Positions 21,100-30,883 of a stretch of 64,000 bases of DNA are shown piece by piece (position 1 is the first letter of the stretch; every line of letters starts with the position of its first letter). Both the position numbers and the translations under genes were made by a program. The notes below the pieces were generated by a model. That model was not told where the DNA came from. It saw only the letters and a list, made by a program, of their open reading frames with translations, and did no database searches. This DNA comes from Candidatus Nitrospinota bacterium M3_3B_026 (GTDB lineage Bacteria > Nitrospinota_A > UBA7883 > JBPRGF01): positions 64,001-128,000 of the forward strand of contig JBPRGF010000023.1 of assembly GCA_051418015.1 (NCBI GenBank), written 5' to 3'.

Positions 21100-21951
21100 A
21101 TGCGCGGCCTTGGAACTCTACCGCTCGTTTTTTTGCTCGCGTTGTCCCTTCCGCCCGCGACCTCGTCCGCCGGGCCGCTCAAGCTGGGCGTGCATCCCTA
21201 TCTTTCCACGACGGAGCTGGTGGAAAGGTTCGGGCCGCTGGCGGGCTGGCTGGGCCGGAGGCTGGGAAAGCCCGTCACCCTGGAGATATCCAGGGACTAC
21301 GAGGAGCACATCAGCAGGATCGGCGACGGCAAGCTGGATATCGCCTATATCGGGCCGGTGTCATACGTGAAGCTGGTGGAAAGATACGGCGAAAAACCGA
21401 TCCTCGGCAGGCTGGAGGTCAACGGCGTCAATTCGTTCAGGGGCGTCATAATCGTCCACCGTGACAGTCCGATCGACTCGCTCAAAAACCTCAGAGGCAA
21501 AAGGTTCGCCTTCGGCGATCCCGGCTCCACCATGAGCCATCTTGTCCCGCGTTACATGCTGTGGGAGGCGGGCGTGCTCGTGAGCGATCTTTCCGACTAC
21601 GCCTTCCTCGAAAACCATCACAACGTGGCCCTGGGGGTCCTGATGGGAGACTTCGACGCGGGCGCGGTGAAGGAGGAAGTCTTCAAGGAATACATGGGCA
21701 GGGGCCTCCGGGCGTTGGAGACGACCCCGGCCGTCCCGGAGCATCTTTTCGTGGGCTCGTCCGCCCTTCCGCCGGAGACGGTGGATAAAATCCGCCGCGC
21801 CATGAGCGGCCTCCGCGACACCGGCGAGGGGATGGCGATCATGAGGTCCATCAAAAGAACCGTGACGGCGCTGACCGCCGCCGATGACGCCGATTACGAC
21901 GGTCTGCGCAAGATACTGCGGACCTACGAGAGGATCAGCGCGAACCGATGA
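21100..21951 (+). CDS. PhnD/PtxB-like periplasmic oxyanion-binding protein
   Basis: Signal peptide from ATG 21100 (track ORF starts 21046); LRGKRFAFGDPGSTMSH and DFDAGAV. Confidence 0.82.
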   Translation: MRGLGTLPLVFLLALSLPPATSSAGPLKLGVHPYLSTTELVERFGPLAGWLGRRLGKPVTLEISRDYEEHISRIGDGKLDIAYIGPVSYVKLVERYGEKPILGRLEVNGVNSFRGVIIVHRDSPIDSLKNLRGKRFAFGDPGSTMSHLVPRYMLWEAGVLVSDLSDYAFLENHHNVALGVLMGDFDAGAVKEEVFKEYMGRGLRALETTPAVPEHLFVGSSALPPETVDKIRRAMSGLRDTGEGMAIMRSIKRTVTALTAADDADYDGLRKILRTYERISANR

Positions 21952-24944
21952 GCCAGATCGACAAAACCAGTTACGGCAGGGCGCTCTTTTATTTCGTGGC
22001 CACTCTCATAGCCTTCCTTGCGGCGGCGGACGTGATGATCCTCTCCAGCCAGCGCGAGATGATAATGAGCCAGGCCCGCCGTATCGCCGAAGGGGAGCTT
22101 CGCCTCATGGGCGCCATGGCGCGGGAGGCGCTCCTGAAGCGCGACTATATCACCGTGGAAAAGTTCATGACCCAGTGGGGGGCCGAGCGTGACGACGTCG
22201 TGGCGGCGAAGGCTGTCGCCCCGAACGGCTTCGTCCTGGCGGAATATCACCGCGGCGCGCCGGCGGAATCGCCGTTTCACGTGAAACACCTCGTGATCTA
22301 CGATGGCAGGGAGCTTGTCTCGCTGGAGATAGTGAAAGACTTCGCCGGGGTGGAGGCGGGGCTGAGAGGACTCGCGGTCCGGCTGGTGGTTTGGTCGATA
22401 ATCATCGTGGCGGTGATGGGGACGCTGCTGTGGCTTGCGATCCTGACGCTGGCCGTCAAACCGCTTGAGGAGGAGGTCGCCGGGCGAAAAAAGGCCGAGG
22501 CCGGGCTCCGCGAGTACAGCGGCCAGCTCGACGAGATGGTGAAGGAGAGAACCCGCGAGCTCGAAGAGGCCAACGAGAGAATAGCCGCCTCGGAAAGGGA
22601 TCTCTCCGGCATCCTGGAGAACATGCAGGACACCTATTACCGGACAGACAACGGCGGGGTGATAACGAAAGTCTCCCCGTCCGTTAAATACCTGTTGGAT
22701 TACTCCGTCAAGGAGCTTGTCGGCATGAGGCTCGCCGACCTGTACGTGAACCCCGGGGAGAGGGAAGTTCTTTTGAAGTCCCTGCGGGAGAGCGGCGGCA
22801 AGGTCACAAACTTCGAGACCAGGCTGAGGCGCAAGGACGGCAGGGCCGTGTGGGTGTCCGCCAATGTGCAGCATTTTCACGACGAGGCCGGGAATGTCAT
22901 CGGGGTGGAGGGGATGGCGCGGGACATCACGGAGATAAAACGCGCCCAGGAGGCAATGAGGCTTGTTGTGGAGGGCGCGGCCCACCAGACCGGGGAGGAG
23001 TTTCTGCGCTCGCTGGTGGAAAACCTTGCCAGGGCCATCGGGGTGAAGCTTGCCTTCGTGGCGCGGATGAAGGACGAGACGGGCTGCGATGCCAGGACGC
23101 TGGCGATGTGGATGGACGGCCGAATCGCCGGGAACATCGAGTACGAGCTGGCGGGCACGCCCTGCGAGGAAGTCTACTATGGAAAAACAAGCTTCTACCC
23201 CGACAACGTGGCGGGGCTTTTCCCCGACGACAAGTGGCTGAGGGACATAGGGGCGCGAAGCTACCTTGGGATACCCTTCTTCGAGCCCGGAGGAAACGTG
23301 CTGGGCCACCTGGGGGTGATGGACGACAAGCCCATCACCGACAGGAGGAGCGTGGAGACTGTGGTGAGGCTGTTCGCCGCCCGCGCCGGGGCGGAGCTGA
23401 AACGGGCCAGCGTGGAAGAGAAGCTCAACCAGTTCAAGAAGACGCTGGACATGACCCTGGACTGCGTATTCATGTTCGACCCGGTGTCGTTCCGGTTTTT
23501 CTACGTCAACCAGGGCGCTATGGACCAGGTGGGCTACACGAGAAAGGAGCTGCTCTCCATGACGCCGCTTGACATAAAGCCGGAATACACGAAGGAGAGC
23601 TTCCAGGATGTAATCGCCCCGCTGCTTGACGGGGAGACGCCCTCGGTAACCGTCGAGACGGTCCACAGGACAAAAGACGGCAGGCTGATCCCGGTGGAGG
23701 TGTTCCTGCAATACGTCGTTCTGCCGGGAAAGACGGGCAGGTTCGTCGCCATAGTCCGCGACATATCCGAACGCAAGAGGGCGGAGGAGGCCCTGCGCCA
23801 CACCCAGAAGCTGGAGAGTCTGGGAGTGCTGGCTGGAGGCATAGCGCATGATTTCAACAACCTGCTGGTCGGCATCCTCGGCAACGCCAACATGGCCCTG
23901 GAGGACCTTCCCGCCTCGTCGCCGGCCCGGGAGAGCGTGGAGGACATCATCACGGCCGCCAGGCAGGCGGCGGACCTTTCCAAGCAGATGCTGGCCTACT
24001 CCGGCAAGGGCAAGGTGGTCATAAAACCCTTCAACATCGCCTCCATCATAAAGGAGATGTCCCACCTGCTGGAGATCAGCGTCTCGAAGAACGTGTCGCT
24101 CAAGTACAACGTGGAACGGGGCCTGCCCGCCGTCGAGGGCGACCCCTCGCAGATCAGGCAGGTGATCATGAACCTGATAATAAACGCCTCCGAAGCGGTG
24201 GGCGACGCGGACGGCGAGGTGAAGGTGACGGTGGCCTCGCTGGAGGCGAACGACCGGCGCATGAAAAAGTTCGAAAAGGAACTGGGGCCGAAAAAAGGCC
24301 GGTACGTCCTGATGGAAGTGGCCGACAACGGTTGTGGGATGGATGAGGAGACCATGGAGAAGATATTCGACCCGTTCTTCACCACGAAGTTCACGGGCCG
24401 GGGGCTTGGGCTGGCGGCGGTCTCCGGGATAGTGCGTGGCCACGGCGGCATTCTCAAGGTGAGAAGCAGGGAGGGCCGGGGGACGGTCTTCAGCGCGGTG
24501 TTTCCGGCGGGGGGGCGGCTCCCGGCCGAGAAAAAGGAAAGGCAGCGCGGCGCGGTGTATCCTGCCAACGGCGGAACGGTGCTGGTGGTCGACGACGAGG
24601 AGACCATACGGAGCGTGGCGCGGAAAATGCTGGCCAGGGCGGGGTTCGACGTCATCACCGCAAGCGACGGCGCGGAAGGGGTGAGGATTTTCCGGGAGAG
24701 GCCGGACGAGATCGACGTCGCTCTGCTGGACATGACCATGCCGCGCATGGACGGGGTGACGGCGCTGATGGAGATGCGGCGCGTCCGGCGTGATCTGCGG
24801 GTGGTTCTCTCCAGCGGCTATACCGAGAGGGACGCCGCCAGCCGGTTCGCGGGAAAGGGGATCGTCAGCTTCATCCAGAAGCCCTACACGAGCGATATGC
24901 TGCTTGAGAAAATAGGCGAGGCGCTCGCCCGGCGGATGGGCTGA
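21948..24944 (+). CDS. Membrane hybrid histidine kinase (TM-PAS-GAF-PAS-HisKA-HATPase-REC)
   Basis: LAGGIAHDFNNLL H-box, NLIINASEA, DNGCGM, FFTTKFTGRGLGL and a C-terminal receiver (VVDDEE, LLDMTMP). Confidence 0.92.
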   Translation: MSQIDKTSYGRALFYFVATLIAFLAAADVMILSSQREMIMSQARRIAEGELRLMGAMAREALLKRDYITVEKFMTQWGAERDDVVAAKAVAPNGFVLAEYHRGAPAESPFHVKHLVIYDGRELVSLEIVKDFAGVEAGLRGLAVRLVVWSIIIVAVMGTLLWLAILTLAVKPLEEEVAGRKKAEAGLREYSGQLDEMVKERTRELEEANERIAASERDLSGILENMQDTYYRTDNGGVITKVSPSVKYLLDYSVKELVGMRLADLYVNPGEREVLLKSLRESGGKVTNFETRLRRKDGRAVWVSANVQHFHDEAGNVIGVEGMARDITEIKRAQEAMRLVVEGAAHQTGEEFLRSLVENLARAIGVKLAFVARMKDETGCDARTLAMWMDGRIAGNIEYELAGTPCEEVYYGKTSFYPDNVAGLFPDDKWLRDIGARSYLGIPFFEPGGNVLGHLGVMDDKPITDRRSVETVVRLFAARAGAELKRASVEEKLNQFKKTLDMTLDCVFMFDPVSFRFFYVNQGAMDQVGYTRKELLSMTPLDIKPEYTKESFQDVIAPLLDGETPSVTVETVHRTKDGRLIPVEVFLQYVVLPGKTGRFVAIVRDISERKRAEEALRHTQKLESLGVLAGGIAHDFNNLLVGILGNANMALEDLPASSPARESVEDIITAARQAADLSKQMLAYSGKGKVVIKPFNIASIIKEMSHLLEISVSKNVSLKYNVERGLPAVEGDPSQIRQVIMNLIINASEAVGDADGEVKVTVASLEANDRRMKKFEKELGPKKGRYVLMEVADNGCGMDEETMEKIFDPFFTTKFTGRGLGLAAVSGIVRGHGGILKVRSREGRGTVFSAVFPAGGRLPAEKKERQRGAVYPANGGTVLVVDDEETIRSVARKMLARAGFDVITASDGAEGVRIFRERPDEIDVALLDMTMPRMDGVTALMEMRRVRRDLRVVLSSGYTERDAASRFAGKGIVSFIQKPYTSDMLLEKIGEALARRMG

Positions 24945-24950
24945 CGGCCG

Positions 24951-25892
24951 CTACCGGCTTGCCCTCGCTTCGCGCTCCCCATTCTCCGGGATGGGATGGA
25001 ACGCTTTCGATATGTAGGAGATTATCGCGTCTATCTCGCCTTCCGAAAGGACGGGGCCCCACGCCGGCATCGACGTCCCCGGCAGACCGTTTTCTATCAC
25101 CGAACGCAGCCTCCCCCTCGTCATCCCGTCCATCTTCGGGCCGGTAAGGTCGCGCGGACTGGGCTGAAGGAACGCGCCGAACCAGTTCCGCCCCGTCCCG
25201 TCTCTCGCGTGGCAGAAGGCGCAGTTTTCCTGGTACAGCCTCTCGCCGAGCCGCTCCTCGCCCGACAGCCCTTCCATCATCTTCCACACGGGCCCCTCGT
25301 CGGTGACGTGGGCCCTGTCGTGGCAGGTCACGCAGGTCTTCATGAAAAGGCGCCTGCCCGCCTTCTGACCGGCGGTAAGCTCTTCCTCCGCCGTGTCGAG
25401 GGGTATCTCCCCCCTGGCGAAGGGGAACGCCGCCGAGTAGCGGTCGTGATCCGCCCAGCCGTTCTCCGCCGTGTGATACCAGGTGTTTTTAGCCTTCTCC
25501 AGGATGAACTCCCGCCGGACGAAAGAGACCACCGCCTCGATCTCGTCCCCGCTCAGCCTGTTTTTAAACGGGGCCATGGCCGTCCCGGGAACGCCCTCCG
25601 TCACCGCCTTCGTCATCCTGTCAGGGTCCAGCTCACCGGGAGTCGTGTTTGCGAAATCCCTGGGAGGGGGGGAAAGATACGTGCTGGCGAGGGTCTTTGC
25701 GTCGCCGGAGTAGCCGTGGCAGAAGTAGCAGTAGAAGTTATAGATATCCCTGCCCCGCTCAAGCTTTTCCTCAAGGCCCTTCGAGACCTTTTCCGCCCGG
25801 GAAGGCGGCACGCTCTCCCAGCCAAGGCCGCTGCCCCCGGCGGCCATGACAAACGCCGCCAGCCCGGCCATCATCATCCTCGCCGCCGTCAT
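24951..25892 (-). CDS. Periplasmic tri-heme c-type cytochrome
   Basis: CYFCH, CVTCH and CAFCH with PRDF/PRDL and GTAM/GTSM Met-ligand motifs. Start reassigned to ATG 25892 (ATGA overlap with the upstream gene). Confidence 0.85.
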   Translation of the reverse strand: MTAARMMMAGLAAFVMAAGGSGLGWESVPPSRAEKVSKGLEEKLERGRDIYNFYCYFCHGYSGDAKTLASTYLSPPPRDFANTTPGELDPDRMTKAVTEGVPGTAMAPFKNRLSGDEIEAVVSFVRREFILEKAKNTWYHTAENGWADHDRYSAAFPFARGEIPLDTAEEELTAGQKAGRRLFMKTCVTCHDRAHVTDEGPVWKMMEGLSGEERLGERLYQENCAFCHARDGTGRNWFGAFLQPSPRDLTGPKMDGMTRGRLRSVIENGLPGTSMPAWGPVLSEGEIDAIISYISKAFHPIPENGEREARASR

Positions 25893-26890
25893 TGTTTCTT
25901 GATAAACGTCTGGAAAACGTATTCCGCCACGTCGGCTATCTGCTGCTCCGTCAGCACCTTGTCCCACGCCGGCATCTCCGCGCCGGTCACCCCCCTGGCT
26001 ATGGCCTCGAAAAGGGCGGGACGGTTGTACTTGCGGCGCGAGGCGGGGTGGCCGAAGTCCCGCGGCTTGGGATAGATGAACTTCGACCGCGGCCCGTTCC
26101 CGTCCCCGAACCAGCCGTGGCACTTGTAGCAGCTGTTTTTGTAGAACTTCGCGCCGGCCCGGGCGTCCCCCACCAGCCCGCCGGGGAACGGCAGGGACAT
26201 GTCCGCTCCATTCACGGCTTTCCCGGCGGCCTCGTGGGCCTGCCCGGCCTCCCCTTCCCCCAACCCCATGAAGGTCTCGCGTACGTAATCTACGACGGTC
26301 TCTATCTCCTCCTCGGTAAGCCTGCCTTCAAAGCCCACCATGGGGCTGTTCGGCACCCCGTAGGTGGCGGAAAATATCATTCTATCTCTCGTCAGCTCTT
26401 TTTTAGCCCCCCCGGATCTGAAATTCCTCGGCTTTTTCATCAGCCCCCCCGCCGCCCTGCTCCTGCCATCTCCGTTTTCGCCGTGGCAGACGGCGCAGTT
26501 CGTGGCATAAAGCTCGGCCCCTCTGCTCCTGGCCGGGGTGGCCATGAAGCTCTCGCGGACATAGCCGGTCACCGCCGCTATCTGCTCTTCGGTAAGCCTG
26601 CCTGAAAAACCGGCCATGGCGGTCTTCTCCACGCCCTCCCTGACGCTTTTTATCATTCGTTCATCGGTCAGCCCCGCCGTGGCGGCCGGGTCGGTGAAAT
26701 CGGTGGGCCGTGGGCTCATGCCGGTCACGGCGCGGGTTTTGCCATCACCCTTCTCGCCGTGGCAGACGGCGCAGTGTTTTTTGTATATAGCCGCCGCGTC
26801 CTCCCCGGCGCTCCCGGCGCCATGCGCGGCGATGAAAAGCAAGGCAAACGCCAGCGCAAGCGGCAGGCGGATATGTGATCTTGTGATCAT
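25889..26890 (-). CDS. Periplasmic tri-heme c-type cytochrome (three tandem class I domains)
   Basis: Signal peptide; CAVCH, CAVCH and CYKCH, each followed by a P-x-[DN]-F motif (PTDF, PRNF, PRDF) and a Met ligand motif. Confidence 0.88.
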   Translation of the reverse strand: MITRSHIRLPLALAFALLFIAAHGAGSAGEDAAAIYKKHCAVCHGEKGDGKTRAVTGMSPRPTDFTDPAATAGLTDERMIKSVREGVEKTAMAGFSGRLTEEQIAAVTGYVRESFMATPARSRGAELYATNCAVCHGENGDGRSRAAGGLMKKPRNFRSGGAKKELTRDRMIFSATYGVPNSPMVGFEGRLTEEEIETVVDYVRETFMGLGEGEAGQAHEAAGKAVNGADMSLPFPGGLVGDARAGAKFYKNSCYKCHGWFGDGNGPRSKFIYPKPRDFGHPASRRKYNRPALFEAIARGVTGAEMPAWDKVLTEQQIADVAEYVFQTFIKKQ

Positions 26891-27216
26891 CTCTCTCCAA
26901 TCCCCATTCGAAAACGCGGCCCCCTACCTGATGGAAAGCGCCCCAGAAAACGGACACAGCGGACGAAAGCTTATCAAACCCGCGCCTTAAAACGGCAAAC
27001 ACGCGAATATCGTCTTTCAACCGCCAAAAACATTCAACGCGAAAAATTATAACATCCTCGCCGCGGCCCCAAGAATAATCCACGGGTCCCTGATACGTGG
27101 TTTGAAAAACGGGCCAGGACATCGTAAAACATGGTTGTCAAAAACATCCTCCCCTTTGACGAGGGATTTTTGAGGTTGGGGTCCGAAGCCCGCCCGCGAC
27201 ATCCAACAACGTCCCC

Positions 27217-27323
27217 TCCCCGGCGGGAGGGAACGTTGGCCCGCCAGTGTCATGCGCCAGCGAAGCATCCCGTACGCCCTCGCCAACCCCGGCGGGATTC
27301 TTCGGCTTCGCCTCAGAATGACA
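27217..27323. repeat. Composite REP-like repeat, copy 1
   Basis: Near-identical to 55617-55727 but lacks 5 nt (TGAGC) relative to that copy. Confidence 0.8.
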
Positions 27324-27509
27324 TCGTGTACCCCCCCGGCGGGAAGGGACGAAGGGGAGTGGGTATAAATAAAGACAACATTCCGGGAATCAGGAAAACA
27401 ACCCACACCCCAGGGATCGGGCCCTTGCCACGGGAGCCGGACGGACGCATATATATGTTATGCTTTTTTTTCGTCGCAAGTCGTTCATGGTTATTTTGAA
27501 GAGGGGAAC

Positions 27510-28019
27510 ATGGAAAAATTCACGTTCAAACCGGTAGCCATAGGGATTTTCCTGGCCCTGGCGGGTCTTTTGCTGGGGGAGCTCCACGGCCTGTCCTTCG
27601 GCGCGAAGGAGGAGGCCATAAAGGCCGGTTTCAAGGCCACGGCGGAGGCCAACGCAGGCGCCCTGGGCTCGGACGAGGCCGTGGCGAAGGCGGCCGACAA
27701 GGCCTGGGGATACCTGAAAAGGGCGCACGCGCATTACATGGGCCTTGGAGCGCTGGCGGTCTCTTTGTGCCTTCTGGTCGGTCTTTCCCCATCGCCCGGC
27801 CTGCACAAGACCGCCGTGTCGTCGGCGGTTGGTTTCGGCGCGCTGGTCTATCCCCTTTTCTGGACGCTCGCCTCCTTCAAGACAGCGGGCGTGGGGAGCC
27901 ACGCCGCCAAGGAGGCGCTCGAGCCCGTGGCCCTGGCGGGGGCGGGGATCGGCTTTCTGGGGCTTCTGGGCGTGATCGCCGTGGCCGTGGTCTGGGCCCT
28001 GCGCAAGGAGGAGGTCTAG
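27510..28019 (+). CDS. Hypothetical 4-TM membrane protein
   Basis: GAGGGG SD, four hydrophobic segments and KRAHAHYMGLG. Confidence 0.7.
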   Translation: MEKFTFKPVAIGIFLALAGLLLGELHGLSFGAKEEAIKAGFKATAEANAGALGSDEAVAKAADKAWGYLKRAHAHYMGLGALAVSLCLLVGLSPSPGLHKTAVSSAVGFGALVYPLFWTLASFKTAGVGSHAAKEALEPVALAGAGIGFLGLLGVIAVAVVWALRKEEV

Positions 28020-28867
28020 AAAGACGCGGATCCGCGGTACCTTTCCGCCAGCAGGCGGGTCAGCGGCCCCGGCCCGTCCGCGGCGAAAAGACCGGACACG
28101 GCTCTCACCGGCGCTATCTCCAAAAGCGAATTGGTGATGAAAACCTCCTCCGCGCTTTCGAGCTTTTCGGGGCGGAAGCGGCCCTCGACCGTCTCGATCC
28201 CCTCCTCCCGCGCGATCTCCATGACCCTGCCGCGGGTGACGCCGGGCAGGATGGCACATTCGATCGACGGGGTGTAAAGACGCCCCCCGGCCGCCCAGAA
28301 AATGTTCGAAGCCGCGGGGGAGGATATGAACCCGTCAACGGTGAGAGCCAGGGCCTCGCTGGCGCCGGCCCGCGCGGCCTCGTCGAGGATGAGGACTCTT
28401 TCCAGGGCGCTGGCGCCCTTTATCCCGCTCAGGGGGGACAGGGGGTTTTTGCGGATGGAGACCGGCGCGAGGACAAGCCCCGCTTCCCACTCTTCCACGG
28501 CCAGCGGCTCATAGGGCCTCACGGAGAGCGTCCATGACGGTCTCGAGCCTTCGTCTATTCCATAGCCGCGCCTTGATGAGACCCCCCGTGTCACCGTGAG
28601 CCGCGCCGCGCCCCTTTCGACGCCGTTCTTACGGGCGAGTTCATCCATCGCCGCGCCCACTTCCTCATCGCCGAAGGGAACGGCCAGCCTGATGGCGCCC
28701 GCGCCCGCCCGGAGCCTGGCCAGATGGCGGTCCAGCAGGTACGGCGCGCCGCCGTAGAGGGGGATCGTCTCGAAAAGACCGTCGCCCAGGGTGAACCCCC
28801 GGTCGTCGATGGATATCCGGCCATCCCCCGAGGCTGCGCCGTTCACGATGACCCAATCTCTCATCAT
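28016..28867 (-). CDS. pabC: Class IV PLP aminotransferase, probable aminodeoxychorismate lyase
   Basis: DRGFTLGDGLFET, ILPGVTR and EEVFITNS. Start reassigned to ATG 28867, overlapping the pabB stop. Confidence 0.78.
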   Translation of the reverse strand: MMRDWVIVNGAASGDGRISIDDRGFTLGDGLFETIPLYGGAPYLLDRHLARLRAGAGAIRLAVPFGDEEVGAAMDELARKNGVERGAARLTVTRGVSSRRGYGIDEGSRPSWTLSVRPYEPLAVEEWEAGLVLAPVSIRKNPLSPLSGIKGASALERVLILDEAARAGASEALALTVDGFISSPAASNIFWAAGGRLYTPSIECAILPGVTRGRVMEIAREEGIETVEGRFRPEKLESAEEVFITNSLLEIAPVRAVSGLFAADGPGPLTRLLAERYRGSASF

Positions 28868-30288
28868 CCCAGCGCCCGCGCCATGGCCGCGGCCTTGTCC
28901 AGCGTCTCCTGGTATTCCGCGGCGGGGTCGGAAGGATACGTGACGCCGCCGCCCGCGTGGAAGGTGTACAACCCGCCCCGCTCGGCCATGACGCGGATGG
29001 CCACGCTCATGTCCATGCCGCCGCCGAAGCCGATCCACCCTATGGCGCCGCAGTAGACGCCGCGGGGGACGGGCTCGATCTCGTCTATTATCTCCATCGC
29101 CCTTATCTTGGGAGCGCCGGTGACGGACCCGCCGGGGAAGGCCGCCCGGAGCAGGTCCACGGCGCCGAGGCCGGGCTTGAGCCTGCCCTCCACGGTGGAG
29201 GTCAGGTGCAACACGGTGGGGAATTTTTCGACCTCGCAGAGGCCGGGCGCGGCGACCGTCCCCGGCAGGCAGACCCTCGAAAGGTCGTTTCGCAGAAGAT
29301 CCACGATCATTATGTTCTCCGCCCTCTCCTTTTCGCTTTCCGCAAGCTCCCTGGAAAGCCGGGTGTCCTCCTCCGGCGTCCGGCCGCGCCGCCTGGTCCC
29401 CTTTATGGGGCGCGTTGTCACCCTGCCGCCGTCAAGGGTCAAAAAGCATTCCGGCGAGGATGACAGGATGCGCGCCTCTCCGGTGTCTATGTAAGCGGCG
29501 TAAGGGGCGGGGCTTATGGAGCGCAGCCTCATGTACACATCCTTAGGGTCGTCCGGCGAGACGGCCTGGAACCTCTGGGATATGTTCACCTGGTAGCAGT
29601 CGCCCTGTTCTATGTATTCGCGAACGCGCCGGACGGCCGCCATGTACCCCTGCTTTGAGAAATCGCTTACGGGAGCCCTTGCGTCGCCCGCGGGAGAAAC
29701 GACCGGCTTTTCCGGCGCCATGCCGCGGACGGCGGACATAATCTTTTCCAGCGCGGAGAAGGCAGGCCCCGGATCCTCCCCCTCCTCCACGCAGGCGACG
29801 AGGGACGCCTCGCCCCTGTCATGGTCGAAGGCGATGAGCCTGTCGTAGAGCCCGAGCCAGATATCCCCCTCCTGGGCGGCCCTTCGCCTGACGGCGGCGG
29901 AGGGCTCGACGAACCGAGACAGCTCGTATCCCAGGAAGCCTATCGCGCCTCCCTTGAAGGGAGGGGAGTCCCCGTTCACGGCGTCGTGGAGCCGGAAGGC
30001 CGAAAACGCCTCATCCATGAGCTGGAAGGGGTCGCCCGACACCATGGGCGCCATCTCTCCGGAGAGCTTGAACGCGCCGCCCGCGGGGCGGATCACGGCG
30101 AAGGGCGCGAAGGCGATGTACGACCATCGGCCCGTCCGCCCGAGGCGCATCCCGGAGTCCAGCCAGGCCAGGCCCTCCGCGCTTTTCAGCGAGGCGAAGA
30201 CCGCCGCGGGATCGGCCCACGGCCTTTTTTTCGTGTGCGCCACCTTTGTTCGCGCGGCTCTTCCCGGGTTTTTCGATACGGCTTTCAT
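28864..30288 (-). CDS. pabB: Aminodeoxychorismate synthase component I
   Basis: GDCYQVNISQRF, SPAPYAAY, TRPIKGTR, MIVDLLRNDL and FPGGSVTGAPK. Confidence 0.9.
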   Translation of the reverse strand: MKAVSKNPGRAARTKVAHTKKRPWADPAAVFASLKSAEGLAWLDSGMRLGRTGRWSYIAFAPFAVIRPAGGAFKLSGEMAPMVSGDPFQLMDEAFSAFRLHDAVNGDSPPFKGGAIGFLGYELSRFVEPSAAVRRRAAQEGDIWLGLYDRLIAFDHDRGEASLVACVEEGEDPGPAFSALEKIMSAVRGMAPEKPVVSPAGDARAPVSDFSKQGYMAAVRRVREYIEQGDCYQVNISQRFQAVSPDDPKDVYMRLRSISPAPYAAYIDTGEARILSSSPECFLTLDGGRVTTRPIKGTRRRGRTPEEDTRLSRELAESEKERAENIMIVDLLRNDLSRVCLPGTVAAPGLCEVEKFPTVLHLTSTVEGRLKPGLGAVDLLRAAFPGGSVTGAPKIRAMEIIDEIEPVPRGVYCGAIGWIGFGGGMDMSVAIRVMAERGGLYTFHAGGGVTYPSDPAAEYQETLDKAAAMARALG

Positions 30289-30524
30289 CGAGATATTATA
30301 AGCGCCGGACGGTTTTCAGGGGCAGGCGAAAAGACCCAACAAAAATCTCTTTACACTTTTGGAAACATGGTATCATTTCATCGGGTTTGAGAAAACAGGC
30401 AGTGCCCCGGCATGTTCCGGCGCGTGGGTTTTTCCCTTCCCGAAAAGGAGCGCCGGACACCGAGCCTCCCGTTTTTCAAGGCCCTGTTACGGTTTTTTGA
30501 GGAACATTCGAGGAATCAGGAAAA

Positions 30525-30791
30525 ATGGAGAAGACCATCTACGTCGGGAACCTGCCTTACACCGCTTCCGAGGACGACATCCGCGAGCTTTTCGAGCAGC
30601 ACGGAGAGGTTTTATCGGTGAAGCTGATCAACGACCTCAACACCGGCAGACCCAGGGGGTTCGGGTTTGTCCGCATGGACGAGGCCAGCGCCGCGGAGGC
30701 CATAGAAAAACTGGACGGGGAGGACTTCGGCGGAAGGCCGCTGAGAGTGAACGAGGCCAAGGAGCGCCCGCCCCGCCGCCCGAGGCACTAG
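30525..30791 (+). CDS. RRM-domain RNA-binding protein
   Basis: RNP2 IYVGNL and RNP1 RGFGFV. Confidence 0.92.
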   Translation: MEKTIYVGNLPYTASEDDIRELFEQHGEVLSVKLINDLNTGRPRGFGFVRMDEASAAEAIEKLDGEDFGGRPLRVNEAKERPPRRPRH

Positions 30792-30810
30792 CGCCCGAGA
30801 CCGAGGCTTT

Positions 30811-30850
30811 AAAAGACCCGCCGCTTTTTTCGAGCCGGCGGGTTTTTTTT
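30811..30850. terminator. Probably bidirectional intrinsic terminator
   Basis: AAAAG ACCCGCCG...CGGCGGGT TTTTTTT between convergent genes. Confidence 0.75.
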
Positions 30851-30883
30851 GCGCCCCGCCGCGGCTGGCGGCGGCCTGGCGGA

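Noticed and set aside
21100..21951. Arsenite sensor AioX/ArxX or a phosphonate ABC transporter
   Set aside because: No Cys for As(III) binding, and no aio/arx genes or phnCE nearby.
27148..27365. CRISPR array or autonomous IS
   Set aside because: The repeats are dispersed palindromes without regular spacers, and the window has no cas or transposase gene.
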